From Novakomyces olei (taxonomy: Eukaryota), in the NCBI GenBank assembly GCA_016906335.1, contig JADEYG010000015.1, positions 62,001 to 126,000 on the forward strand: a stretch of DNA of 64,000 nucleotides, read 5' to 3'. Numbering within the stretch: the stretch's first letter is position 1; each line of letters begins with the position of its first letter. Below, piece after piece: positions 22,382 to 36,600 of this stretch. The notes under the pieces were generated by a model. It did no database searches. It was not told the DNA's origin and saw only the letters and a list, made by a program, of their open reading frames with translations. The translations under genes and the position numbers were made by a program.

Positions 22382-23259
22382 CTAGACAAGTTTTTGTTTC
22401 TTGAAAAAGCCCTATGCATGTTAACGCGATATTTTTTGCAGAAGTATGTAAAGACATATCTTACCTGTAAATGGCTCAACTGCCACGAGCAAGTTGCCAG
22501 TAAAACAGCCAGCTGAATAATAGTCCATTTGACCACTCGAGAATTCGTGCTCTCGCTCTGATCGCGAAACTCGGCCTCCCTTTCTCTTTGCGAGAGCTGC
22601 TCACGCCGGATATCTTGCAGTCGGCTATTAAGCTCGCGCACCGTTTTCACCAAATCTACAATCTTAGTACGCGCATCTTGAGCATTGTATGCTACCGTTC
22701 ACTTTTTCCGTTGCCCCAGAATCCAAAGGTAGGGATTCACCAATGGCGATATCCAGGAAAAGTTTTACACGACTCGTTGAAAGCCAACCATTTTTCCGAC
22801 TAGATGAAAAGCATAAAGTATGCTCTCCGGACTCGGCCGCAGTGAACATAAATCGACCGGCGGAACGCGTGCGCTGGTTCACAACACGATGGTTTCTGTC
22901 GAATTTTTCCTATAACTGATTTAGAAAAGGACCATGGTAAAGACGAATAGCGAGGAGGAAAAGTTGGAAACAATTCAAAAAAAAAAAAATAGAATAAAAT
23001 AAAAAATAAAAAATAAAAATCCTTGAAAATAAACATCACCGAGACAATTTACCTCTACCGTAATCTTGACTTCAAGATCGGGATCCGGTTTCCACGCGTC
23101 ATTATCCAATACTTGCGTGGAAAACTCTCCCGAAACAACAGTATCACGTGGCAAAACCTCAACAAAACACTTTGGCGAGTCTCCTTCAAGGAAAAAATAG
23201 AGAGCCTGCACACGCGATTGTATTAAAAAGAGACACAGCAAAACCACTAAAGATCTCAT
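22382..23259 (-). CDS. p24/emp24-gp25L family cargo receptor (alpha/Erp1-like), 4 exons
   Basis: Signal peptide, GOLD-domain motifs PKCF and [23 protein letters not shown], a TM segment, and C-terminal FFKKQKLV*. Confidence 0.9.
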
Positions 23260-23502
23260 CTTGCGAGCCGCTGATTGTATCGTGTTCGTGCGAGAATAAG
23301 GTCATTTACGCAGCAAATTAATAGCAATGCTATTATTATATATAGAGGTGCGTTAGTACGAGCACAAGGGAAAACAATATTGCAATATTATTTATATACT
23401 ACTTTTATATCCGTATTCTATTAAATTAATAAAATTAATTGCCTGCTGGTCGGATATGGCCAATATATGGTGGAGGAAGCCAAGAGTCGTGCCGCACGTG
23501 GC

Positions 23503-24105
23503 TCACGGACAGTGTAAATCTACGATTCAGTCTACTCTGCTAAAATCAATATTGAAACGATGCCCATTTAAAACATTTTGTAAATCCATAAATACCGAGC
23601 TCATAACCATACTAAGCAGCCTTGTACCCCACAAGACTAATAAAAAAGGGCCCCAAAAATGGATTTATGTCGCACGGCACTTGTGATAGAACGCTATAGA
23701 GTCAGAAGAAACCTTGAGTATGCGACCGTCACAAAACTTACGCAGTCCACAGCCGAGGCCGATAAGAATATACAATAGGAATAAGCACACGAGTGTGAAT
23801 AAAATCATCATTCGTATATTTTTCCACCACATACGTCTCCGTAACGCTGTAGACCGTTTTCGAAATTGGAAAGCCGTTTGATTCATGTTGTCCGTTTTGT
23901 CAACGAGCAGGTGTATACGCTCCCCGCGATCCAGCACTCGCTCGATATTCTGAACCATATCTAACAAGCGATTAATGCCTGCTTTGTTCATTCACTACCT
24001 ACCGTCTTTGACAGAATCAATCTCGCGCCGTACTTGTCCCGCCTTCGATCCGGAGGCAGCCGCGCCACGTGGAGACGACGGGCCGGCGGGATCTTCTTCG
24101 CTCAT
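23503..24105 (-). CDS. VAMP7/Nyv1-type R-SNARE, apparently without a longin domain; 3 exons
   Basis: MVQNIERVLDRGERIHLLVDKTD, FRKRSTALRRRMWWKN, a TM segment and GCGL. Start and last exon are inferred from splice signals. Confidence 0.78.
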
Positions 24106-24935
24106 TTTTGTCTGTGGTGGAGTATCGGCACGCGGTATTAGTGACTCGGGGCCAATGTGATTTGATCGATATTTATCGGCTATACAGCGTTTTATGATTT
24201 AAATTAAACTATCGATAGAAGGTAAATGTAATTAGTATTAGACCGATCCTCTGTATATTTCGTTGATATTATACACTTTGTTTCTCTTGATATGAAGCCT
24301 ATACAATGATTAATATAATATTCAATATAATATTCAGTATTCAATTTTACAATATTCAATAAAATAGTATTTATTTATAATATTCTATCAGGCTGTGGGC
24401 AAAGCTCCATTTGCTTTCTAATAATTTGTTTTTAATTCGGGTATCTACGGGCATGCTTCGCTTTAGTATTGGTATGCTGGCGGTTGGACTTCGCAACTGA
24501 GTCTGGCCATATACAATTTTGGGCACTCCTCGCATTAAGTATTGGACAATTAACAATATCCAATGAAGGAGGCAAAGCCAAGACCATTTAAAGTAGAAAC
24601 GTAGACCCCAGCATGTGGAAAAGAAAGATAGCCAGAAGCGTCGATAATGAAGGCTTTTACCAGATCTGCCATGGTCTAGGATTTGAAATTAAACTGGTAC
24701 CTATATTGAATTAAGACACTAAAGATTCAGGATAGAAACAATTTTGGCAAAATACTTTCTTCGAGATAGGAATGAAATAAAGTTTAGCAAGGGGAAATGG
24801 ACACATTGGCGGAATGCTGAAAAAGAAATGGAAACTGAGCTTAATCTTATGGAAACTAATGAATATATAAATAAAAAACAAACGAGAAAGAAATTGTCCG
24901 CAAAGAAGATTGATAAATCCAATAGAGAACAAGAC

Positions 24936-26875
<1,940 letters not shown>

Positions 26876-27247
26876 GGTGTCTAGCCCCAAACTCTGCGAG
26901 CCGGAGACGAATATTTTCGCGTTTACACGCGTAGGGTGCTGGCTGCTAGTGCAATCTCGGCTCACGCCTGACAATGGCAGAGTATAAAGCGGCCTGAAAC
27001 TCGGCAACACGAGACTGTTACGGTCGCGGTCTATATTCCTGCGAATACCCTTTTCCCTTTTTATTATAAATTTCACAGTGAGGCGCGTCCCATACGCATA
27101 ATATTCGTACTATACACGATACCGACTACTGTCCAAAAGTTTGTGCTCAAATGGCCGCGCGCTACTTTTAAGCAACGCACTGTGCCACCGTGCTTATATA
27201 TGAACACAGTATTGCCTATGTTTTAAAGTAATCTCGACGTATTAATT

Positions 27248-27428
27248 AATAATTAGAATAATTGAATAATTGAATAATTAGAATAATTAGAATAATTGAA
27301 TAATTGAATAATTGAATAATTATAATAATTAGAATAATTAGAATAATTAGAATAATTAGAATAATTAGAATAATTAGAATAATTGAATAATTGAATAATT
27401 AGAATAATTAGAATAATAATAATAATTA

Positions 27429-27462
<34 letters not shown>

Positions 27463-27490
27463 TGGTTGAATAATATAATTCAGAATAATT
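27248..27490. repeat. AT-rich 8/9-bp repeat array (AATAATTG/AATAATTAG) plus (AAT)n between CDC3 and PEP7
   Basis: Seen directly in the sequence. Confidence 0.9.
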
Positions 27491-27690
27491 AGCCGAATAA
27501 TCATTGATTGAAATATTCACCAAATTCAACGGTTAATTGAATCATTCTAGTTGATTATTAGAAGATTAATGATAAATTTAATTCCAACTATAATTCAATA
27601 TATTACAAATTAAACATATTGATATTGAATCAACCTTTTCAACAAATAATAAAAGAACAGCAAGAAAGGCAGAGAGATGTAAGACTGATC

Positions 27691-29466
27691 ATGCCAGATT
27701 CGCCGCAGTATGCGCCCGCGCACACTCCTCCGCCAGCTTCGGCTTCGGCTTCGGCGTCGGCTTCAACTTCTACTTCAGCTTCAGCTTCAGCATCGGCTTT
27801 TGCAGAAAAGATCTGCTGCCCAGTGTGTGGAGAGGATATGGTCGCTCTGGGCCAGTTGAACCAGCACCTTGACGACGCACACGGCGACGAGCTGCGCGCT
27901 GACCCCGTCCGCAGCCGCAGCGTGCAGGTTTGGTTTGCGCGGCAGTTTGTGCCGGCTCTTCAGCAGCCGGGCCGAGCGATCTTGTCGCACTTGGGCTATG
28001 AGCCCTTCCAGCGCAATGCGGACAGTGTCGACGATGGATCTACACGCGTCGGAATCGACGCGGCCAAAGTCACAGACACACGCGTTACGCAATCTCATTG
28101 GCAGTCTAACGCGTCGTGTCCGCTCTGTGGAAATGGACACGGGGCCCGTGTCAATTGCCGACACTGTGGCCGTATGTTTTGCGAGCGGCACACGCTCTAC
28201 CAGATGCGGCTCTCCGCTCTCGCCCAGCACGATCCGGCCGAGGGGGTTTGGTGCCGCGTGTGTGCGACGTGTTACGCGTCGCGTGACGGGTACGCGAGTG
28301 ACGCTAATGCTTCACGTGACTTGACTGGCGAGTTTACGCGTCTGCGTAAGCCGTTCGCAGAGACGCGTGCTTTAACGCGTCAGCGGATGGAGGGACGGGT
28401 ATCGCGGCTGCTGCTCCTCCGCAGCCAATCACATGCGGAAGCGGAAGCGGATGCTCGGCACTCGGACCAGCAGGTTGTTGCTTGGCAGCCGGACAGTAGC
28501 GCTACAAAGTGTGCAGTCTGTGGATTAGGGTTTGGCGTTTTTGGCCGCAAACACCACTGCCGCGTTTGCGGACGCGTCGTTTGTGGACGCGCATGTTTAC
28601 GGAACGTGGCGCTACGCGTTTGCCAGAATAACGAGGATAAAGGCGATGCTAAACCATTAAATACCAAGGCTTTAAATACCAAGGCATTGAATACCCGTGC
28701 CGGTAAGGCGTTAGGCCCTAGAGTTTCTGGTGGGGGTCTTTTCGGTGGGGGCCAGTCCGGTGGGGGCCAGTCGGGATTGCCTGTGCGCGCCTCACAGAGT
28801 CTGGGCGAAACTTGGATTCCAATGTGCCGTGACTGCTGTCATATACTGTTTGGGGCTGACGAGTTGGAGGCCGCTTCTGCCGTACCGCCTGTGTACCTGG
28901 AACAGTATGCAAAATTGAAAAAAATACACGATGAGATTTCGCAAATTGTCCCAGACTTTGAAGCAATGATAATAGATCTCCGCACAAAACAAAAATCGGC
29001 AATTGATGCGGCTGATATTACACAGGCACGTAAAATGAGAGAACGAGTGCTCGATTCTTTTTCCCAGTTTGATGCCTGTTTAAAGCAGTTTTCTCGACTG
29101 GATTTGCAAGGTCGGGATTTGCAAAGGCTATGCCGGACGATTGTGGCATGGGGGAAATCCTTTCTACAACGTAATATGCTCCCCTTACAGACACTGCCAC
29201 AAGCATTAAAAGGCGGGGATAGCCGTGCACACGAAGAGCAAAAGGCAGCACGGGCAGAATTGGAAGCGCAGAGGATGCGAGACCGTGATGAAATAGAGTT
29301 GAGAGAGAGGATTATCGTACTTGAAGAACAGTCTTACTTGGTCGAGGAGATGATCCGCCAGGCTGATCGGCGGAGAAAGTACGAGGATGCAAAGTCTCTG
29401 CGAGAAAGTTTAGTGCCCTTGAAAAGGGAGATTGAAGAGTTGAATACTGCGTTTGAAAAGCTGTGA
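27691..29466 (+). CDS. PEP7: Vac1/Pep7 (rabenosyn-5): C2H2 finger, two FYVE-type fingers and a C-terminal Rab-binding helix
   Basis: CPVC..QLNQHLDDAH, NCRHCGRMFC, WQPD..RKHHCRVCGRVVC and LEEQSYLVEEMI..RRKYEDAKSLRESL. Confidence 0.92.
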   Translation: MPDSPQYAPAHTPPPASASASASASTSTSASASASAFAEKICCPVCGEDMVALGQLNQHLDDAHGDELRADPVRSRSVQVWFARQFVPALQQPGRAILSHLGYEPFQRNADSVDDGSTRVGIDAAKVTDTRVTQSHWQSNASCPLCGNGHGARVNCRHCGRMFCERHTLYQMRLSALAQHDPAEGVWCRVCATCYASRDGYASDANASRDLTGEFTRLRKPFAETRALTRQRMEGRVSRLLLLRSQSHAEAEADARHSDQQVVAWQPDSSATKCAVCGLGFGVFGRKHHCRVCGRVVCGRACLRNVALRVCQNNEDKGDAKPLNTKALNTKALNTRAGKALGPRVSGGGLFGGGQSGGGQSGLPVRASQSLGETWIPMCRDCCHILFGADELEAASAVPPVYLEQYAKLKKIHDEISQIVPDFEAMIIDLRTKQKSAIDAADITQARKMRERVLDSFSQFDACLKQFSRLDLQGRDLQRLCRTIVAWGKSFLQRNMLPLQTLPQALKGGDSRAHEEQKAARAELEAQRMRDRDEIELRERIIVLEEQSYLVEEMIRQADRRRKYEDAKSLRESLVPLKREIEELNTAFEKL

Positions 29467-29825
29467 TTAGGCTATCGTAGGATTTGTATAGATTATGAAT
29501 AAAGTTTTAGATATTGGTTCAAGACTAGCCTTGTCCTAGATTTAGTATATTGACAAGATTAACAGGGATAGTTGATCAGTTCAAAATACATGCCGTACTT
29601 TATTTTTTGTCCCTATGGCTTTTTACCTTTACGAGACTAACGGTCTATTCTTTATTTCACGTAGTATATTTATACAGCTTTCCATATATTTCAAACTGGA
29701 CTTATATATCCAAACCAAAGTGTTGTCAACTGCCACTTGTATCACGCACTAATCACGACTTTTCGTCCCCAGCTTATTGGCCTCTTGAAAAAAATAAAAA
29801 CATAAAATACTAATCCATTGCGGTA

Positions 29826-31600
29826 TTACGCTTCAGCTTTTTCGGAACTGCTGTGTGATCGATTGGGAGCAACAGAAATGTCCAATCTGCTCTTTTCCTT
29901 TTCGGAGGAAACACCGAAAATTTCGTTTGTCTTATATCCCTTCTCGATCAAAAATTCACGGAAATGTTGGTTCTCCGCTTCAATACAGTCTTGATTCAGG
30001 ACGGGCACAAAAAAGACGGCCAAAACGATGGAAAGGCAATTAAGCCCAGCAGAAATGTAAAAAATACAGTTGACCTTGTCTCCCGAGGTCAAATTTTGAT
30101 AGGCATAAATGCCGCAAAAAGCCCCGACCCTGCCAAAAGCAGCAGCAATGCCGTAGAAGATACCACGGAACCCGGAAGGAGTTGATTTGCTGGCAATAAG
30201 TCCCATACAATTGCCCACAAATTCACCAAAAGCCAGATAAAACCCGTAAACTACACAAAACCCGGCAATGTTGTTGGAGAGATTCGAATAGAATCCGCCC
30301 ATAAAGAACCCAAAAATAGCTTGGATAGCCAGGCCCAGGACCAAAGTATATCGGGGCCCAATATAATCCACAAGAAAGGCACCTACAATTGTGCCCGGGA
30401 TATAAAAGGCATTTATCAGTACGCTCCAACCAAAGGAAATTGTCAGTGATGTGTCGTCACCAATAATGCTATCGACAATAGTAGAACTGTAGATAGAGCC
30501 TCCGTAAGCTGCCAAGTCATAGATGGCCCATATAAGGCTAATAGAAGCGAGTCTGACTCCGTATTTGCGTAAGATCAAAAGAACAGGAGTATTGCGTATA
30601 CTCATCGCATTCTTGCGATATTCTTTTGGCTCGTGGATGCGGGTACGGAAAAAGAAGAGAATAAGGGGAACAATAACGCCAAACCCCAGAGTCAGACGCC
30701 ATACAATGCGCAGGTGGCGAGGTGAAAAAATGGCTGTTAAAATGTAGGGGACAAGAGCACCTCCAACGAATCCGAAATCGATTGCTGTATTAGTTACAAG
30801 CACAAAAAGACCGTGACGACGGCCTTGACGTGTCTCGCTCGTTGCTTCTGACGCCGCAGAAGAACCGGTGGGATACTCGGCCCCAATACCAATACCTTTT
30901 TGTTAGGAAATGAAAACCAAATGAATAATTGAATTAATTAAAATAGATTTAATGAACATAGAAAGAGTACAAACATCAAACTTACCAACACACAACCGCC
31001 AAACGGTGAGGGCAGTAATCATGCCGTGCACGCTCGTGCCATACGAGCCAGCACAGAGAGCCGTAAAAACAATAAGAATGCCATTAGCAAGGAGCATTCC
31101 CATTTTGCGACCGAGACCATAGTCGGAAAGGACACCAAAGGAAAGCGTTCCCACAATAGTACCAACAAAGGCCATTGCAGATACATTAGCAAGAGCCTGG
31201 TTGCCCGCAGTTTCCTCGGGGTAAAGTGTGCGGATCATAGTGATAACAGTTCCAATGGAAGACGCGACATACCTAAAAGTCAGTTTGGAATAAACTAGAA
31301 AAAGGAAAAAGGATAAAAAGGCAAAAAAGGGAAAAAGGAAAAAAGAAAAAAAGGAAAAAAGGAAAAAAGAAAAAAAGGAAAAAAGAAAAAAAGGAAGGGA
31401 AAAAAAAAGAAGAAAAAAGGAAAAAGAAAAAAGCCATACCCATCGCTAAAAAGCGCGACACCGCACACGATTACGGTCCATATACGCTTTGCCTCTGACC
31501 TTGTATCGACCTCCGGCTCTTCGGCTTCAGAGGCATTGCGGTCAATTACATTTTCTCCGTCGAGAGCGTCGCCTCTTGTCTCCAAGACGGGTGCGCCCAT
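29826..31600 (-). CDS. GIT1: MFS glycerophosphodiester/glycerophosphoinositol transporter (Git1/Tgp1), 3 exons
   Basis: GVALFSDGY, FVGTIVGTLSFGVLSD, GIGIGAEYPTGS, TNTAIDFGFV and FYIPGTIVGAFLVDYIGPR. Confidence 0.88.
31297..31432. repeat. Polypurine (A/G) low-complexity tract filling GIT1 intron 1
   Basis: About 135 nt of GGAAAAA-type units. Confidence 0.9.
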
Positions 31601-33426
31601 TGCAAAGTTTGCGATAGATATTCTTCCGTGGCGATTTTTTGTGAATTTATATTCGCAGCAAAATAGCGATATAAAACGTGGACAATTGCGCGGGCCGATG
31701 GCGTTGTCCTACTCGCGAGACGCTTGAGCACGTGTCTGCAAGACGCTTGAGCACGTGTCTGCAAAAGCGACTATTACTACGTTTGCCGCCTTTAATGTTA
31801 AATATATAGTGTTGAGCGAGTATAGTGTGGAGTGTACAATTACAAAAGGGAGGAGAAAGTGGTACAAATTAAGCGACGGAAATTATCCATGTGCTCGTTT
31901 TGATTGGCCGATAAAAAATGGTTGCTTAAATTTGTTGCGTCACGGCGGCGGACGATAAGTGATAGCGATTGATAAGTGCGCGTGTGCCGAATAATGGAAG
32001 ATTACTTTTGCAGTAGGTCACTCGTCCTTTTCACTTGTTATCGGAACTTTAACATGTTATCGGAAACGCGCTGCCTTGTACACTTGCCCGCTCCAACTGC
32101 CGACGATAAGACACGCAGGTTTGGTGGGTTCAACGTTTAATTTGCCTACGTCATGGCTGTTATCTCGCCGTAAGTGTTTATCTGCCTGCCTCACGGCCAG
32201 TGTTGTCGGTGCGCCTGCGCTGTAGAGGTATTGTAATATATTTTACGTATATAAAAGTCTAATCTACGTCTTGCCAAGTCTAAGTTTTGCGCAAAGCGTG
32301 TTAGAGATAGCAGCCGCTTTTTGTATTATCTTTCTCAGTGTGCGACGTTATACATGTAATGCGCATAGGCAGAAAGTATTAATACCTATGTAGTACGTGT
32401 ATCTACGTACTACATATACCTATGCAGTTACCTATGCAGTACGTATACCTACGCAGTACGTATACCTACGTAGTGGTATACTACGTAAAAGCGCTACAAA
32501 GAGCAGCCGACAAGGCTACAACAACAGCCCTAACGGCCAGACAGTATCGGAGACACATCCCAAGCTAAGAAGGATTGCTTGTGTGCACAATTGTATTTTC
32601 TAGACGATGAGTGCAGGAAGCTGGTTACAAGTAATTTAGAACACGGCGCTGTTGCGGTCCAACGTTCCACATAGTCCGCATCCTTTTGCGCAAGTAATGC
32701 AGCCGCATTCGTTCAAGCAGTACAGCCGCATTCGTCAAGCTGGATCTGCTCAAGTAATACAGCCGTTAGTCGCTTTGGCCAAATTTGTGTCTGTCCAATA
32801 CGTCCAATACTGCTCGCTCTATCGCTTACTTGTGCGGCGAGTGTCAGTCGATTCGCAGCGGACAGTATGTGGTCATAGTATAATGAACCAAGACTAAAAT
32901 GTCTTGTCTTACCCGTGTCCACGTGTAATCTGCTATTTTTACACGCAAATGTGCTCAGACCATTGCTCGATGCAGCAAGCATTGGAACATTGGAACCTCT
33001 GACAAACTAAACCTTTAAAATGTTTAAGATTTATGGAATAGTGTACAAATTTAGAGCACCGGTGAAATTTCCATGCGTAAAAGTCATTGTTAGAGACGTT
33101 TTGTGTCAGCGTGTATCAACTTGATACAACATGCTACAATCACCTAAAAAATGATCACAACGCTTTACAGCGCTTTACGAAGGCTTTAAAAATTTTTACA
33201 AATACTTTAGTCTAAGGGAAAAGCGTAGTTGGCACCGCTCGAATGCTAATATACACTGTCTCATCTCAAATAGAACAGTTCTCAAGGACAGACGCACTTG
33301 TAATAAAGTACGACGTACATATATAATAGTACAATGAAGCGCGAATATATTAGTACAGAGAATATCCAGGGTTTTGGTAAAAGAATGACCCTACACAGTA
33401 GATAGTTGACTTTGTACAGTATATAT

Positions 33427-33529
33427 CTAACCCTAATTTAATAACCCTAATTCAATAGCCCTTTTTTAACAGCCCTACTTTAACAACACTTTATAACACT
33501 TAACAACCCTAACTAACCCTAACCCTAAC
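33427..33529. promoter_or_regulatory. Cluster of telomere-type (TA)ACCCTAA motifs upstream of SEC7 (possible Tbf1/Teb1 sites)
   Basis: About five AACCCTAA copies 110-210 bp before the ATG. Confidence 0.5.
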
Positions 33530-33639
33530 AAATTTTCCTCGCCGGTATACGATGTGGTGTTGTAAGGTAGGGAGGGTATCGTGAGCGGACAGTATATATA
33601 TTTGCTGCTGTATGAGAACGTGGTATAGACAGCCTGGAG

Positions 33640-36600
33640 ATGGAGAGCGGGCAAGATGCCGCGCCGACCTCTTTGGCGCAAGAGCAGCCACGTGCAATTG
33701 ACGTGGATTCCGAGCATCAATTGCGGGCCGACGAGGTTTCGGCAGAGACTGATCCGTCCGCAGCAGAAGGAGACGCGGAGGCTGCGCCGCACACGAGCAA
33801 AACGGCCCCGTCTACGGCCGAAGAGGCCCCGCAGATCGGCCTGGCCGGCATTGCGTCTGCCAGTGGACCAACAGAAAACCCGGACTGTGAGCCTGGGCGG
33901 CAAGGAGTAGACGATTCTGCTCCGGCAGAGACGCGACACAATGGTACTGGTGACGCGACCAAAAATGCTAATCCGGCCGACGAGGATCCGGCCATAGAGG
34001 AGGCGAATAGTGCAGCCGAGGCTGGTGGATCTGAGCCAGACTCGGGTCTGGTTCAGCCTGACGAGCCTGAGGCAGCAAAAGGGACAGAGGGAGCTGGAGA
34101 GGCCGATAAGGCTGATGGTAAAGGTGAAAAAGAGGCAGAGCCAAAAGAGGCAGAGCCAGTAGAGGCAGAGCCAAAAGAGGCAGAGCCAAAAGAGGCAGCA
34201 AGACCGGCAGAGCCAGCTGGTCAATTGAGCCAGAAGAGTCCCAGCCAGAGCCAAGAAGGCGGCAGCAGCGGCCGTGAAATGGCAGCAGACAGTGGACAAG
34301 AAAATTCGGCTACTGAAGCCTCTGCCACGTTTGATAATGTAAGCGTGAGCGACGAGAATCGCCATGAAATTGCGTCAGTAGCGTCCAGTTGGCGCAAAGA
34401 GCAGCAGAATTCGATGGTGTTTGTGACGCAGGCGTTAGACTCGTTGCTGGCGACAAAGCAGGGGAAGCGTGGGCAGTTAAAGGACGCGTTAGAGAGGGCT
34501 ATGAGTAAGTGCTTTACAGATTAAAAAAAATAAAATTAAAAAATAAATTTATTCCATGTTGCTAATTGTGCAAAGACGCGATCAAGTCGGACGGGGACGT
34601 GTCCCCGAAATCGATCCTGGAGCCTCTCAAATTGGCATGTGTTTCGGGAAACACAGGCCTGATTATAACGGGTCTGGACTGTATAGGAAAGCTTGTTTCG
34701 TACTCGTTTTTCATTGACCCCGAGAGTAAGAGTGGGGCGGATATTCCGATAATGGAGGATGTGGTTGATACGATATGCAACTGCTTCCAAGGCGAGGGCA
34801 CAGATGAGCGAGTGCAGCTACAGATTGTAAAAGCGCTGCTGAGTGCAGTCTTGAATGAAACCCCACAAGCGGCTATTCACAATGGAGCACTGCTTAAATC
34901 CATACGGTCTACGTACAATATATTCCTTTTGAGCAGGAGCACTGCAAACCAGGCTGTTGCTCAGATTACACTGGCGCAGATGGTACACGCTGTCTTTGAC
35001 AGGATCCGTCCAGAGGCGATAGCATTGAATGAAAAGTTTCGATCAGAGAGGGACGTGTCCACTGCCGGCCAAGCCAAGTCCAAGGACTCTGCGAGTGCAG
35101 GCGAGCTGAGTGCGTCTGCTTCAGTCACCGATCTCGGCCAGCACGGCAACGAGTCGGGACCGCACTCAGCAACTAATGCCACTAGTTCGGCTCCAGTATC
35201 AGAGACAAAGCTTACTCTGCAAGCTCTAGAGCAGCGGCAGACGTTTGACCCGGTCAAGGACGAGCGGACGGAGGAGGATGACGAGATGGAGGAGCAGGAT
35301 GTATACATAAAGGACGCCTTTCTCGTCTTTCGATCGCTGTGCAAGCTCTCTATCAAACCCGTGTCTATTGAACATGCGGTAGACCTTCGATCGGAGCAGA
35401 TGAGGTCGAAGCTGATGACGCTGTACCTTGTCTTTATAATCCTGAACAAGCACATGGACGTCTTTACAAACGAAAGTGTACGGCTTCGGTCTGCTCGGCA
35501 GAGAGAGGGAACACAGTTTTGTGAAGCTTGCAAGCAGTACATCTGCCTCAGCTTGAGCCGCAACAGTCTGAGCCCGACAGTGGAGGTCTTTGAGATCAGC
35601 TGCGAGATCTTTTGGAAGATTCTAAGCAATCTGCGTACAATGTTCAAGCGTGAGATTGAAGTGTTCTTTATCGAGATCTTTTTCCCCATCCTGGAGATGC
35701 GTAATTCCTCGTACCAGCAAAAGCAGATCCTGCTCAATGTCCTGGCACGGCTGTGCAATGAGCCCAAGGCCATAGTTGAGCTGTACCTCAACTATGACTG
35801 CGACCGCAATTTCGACAATGTGTACGAGCGGCTGCTAAACATCTTGTCCCGAATGGCCTCGTTTACATCTGAAGTTGGAGAGGACGTGGTCAGTGCGGCA
35901 GTGCCGATAGCAGCCAAGTCTATGGAGGATATGACTCTGCCTCCTCCACTGACAACGGCAGCTCTCTCCTCAACGAGCCACGAGCACCCGCCAGAGCCTG
36001 TGATGGAGTACCAGCTGAAGCGCCGGGCGCTGGAGTGTATGGTGGCCATCCTAACGACCCTGTCCAACTGGTCCAGCCAGGGTATTAGGGCAGCAACGGC
36101 CTCGCAGATCGACGAGACCTACCCGGACTCTGGCTCCTCTGTGGCAACGGCCGGCGACGAGAGCGTAAAGGCCTCTGGCGTCAACTCGCCTCGCGTGGCG
36201 TCCTCGGCGTCGCTGGACACGGCAAACCTGCCGGCCGGCAATAGTACGGCAGGCAAACTGCCCTCGCCAGGGTTAGGGTTAGGGTCAACGTCAGCTTTAG
36301 GGTTAGGGTCAGGGTCATCTTCAGGGTTAGGGTCAGCCTCGATGGACGACCCGTCGCAGTTTGAGGCGCTCAAGCAGCGCAAGACGCTTCTGCAGGAAGG
36401 TATTCGGCTGTTCAACACCAAACCGAAACGCGGCCTGGCGTACCTGCAGGACCATGGCTTTATAAGGTCCTTGGAGGACGGCAAGGAGGTGGCTCTTTTC
36501 CTGCTGCGCACAGACGGGATCAGCAAATCAGCGCTGGGCGAGTTCCTGGGCGAAGGTGAGGAAAAAAACGTGGAAATAATGCATGCCTTTGTGGACCAGC

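Noticed and set aside
24371-24672. Short minus-strand ORFs between the septin and the SNARE
   Set aside because: No motif; probably septin 3' UTR or intergenic DNA.
32380-32490. TACGTA/TACCTA-rich degenerate repeat
   Set aside because: Low-complexity slippage product with no supportable function.
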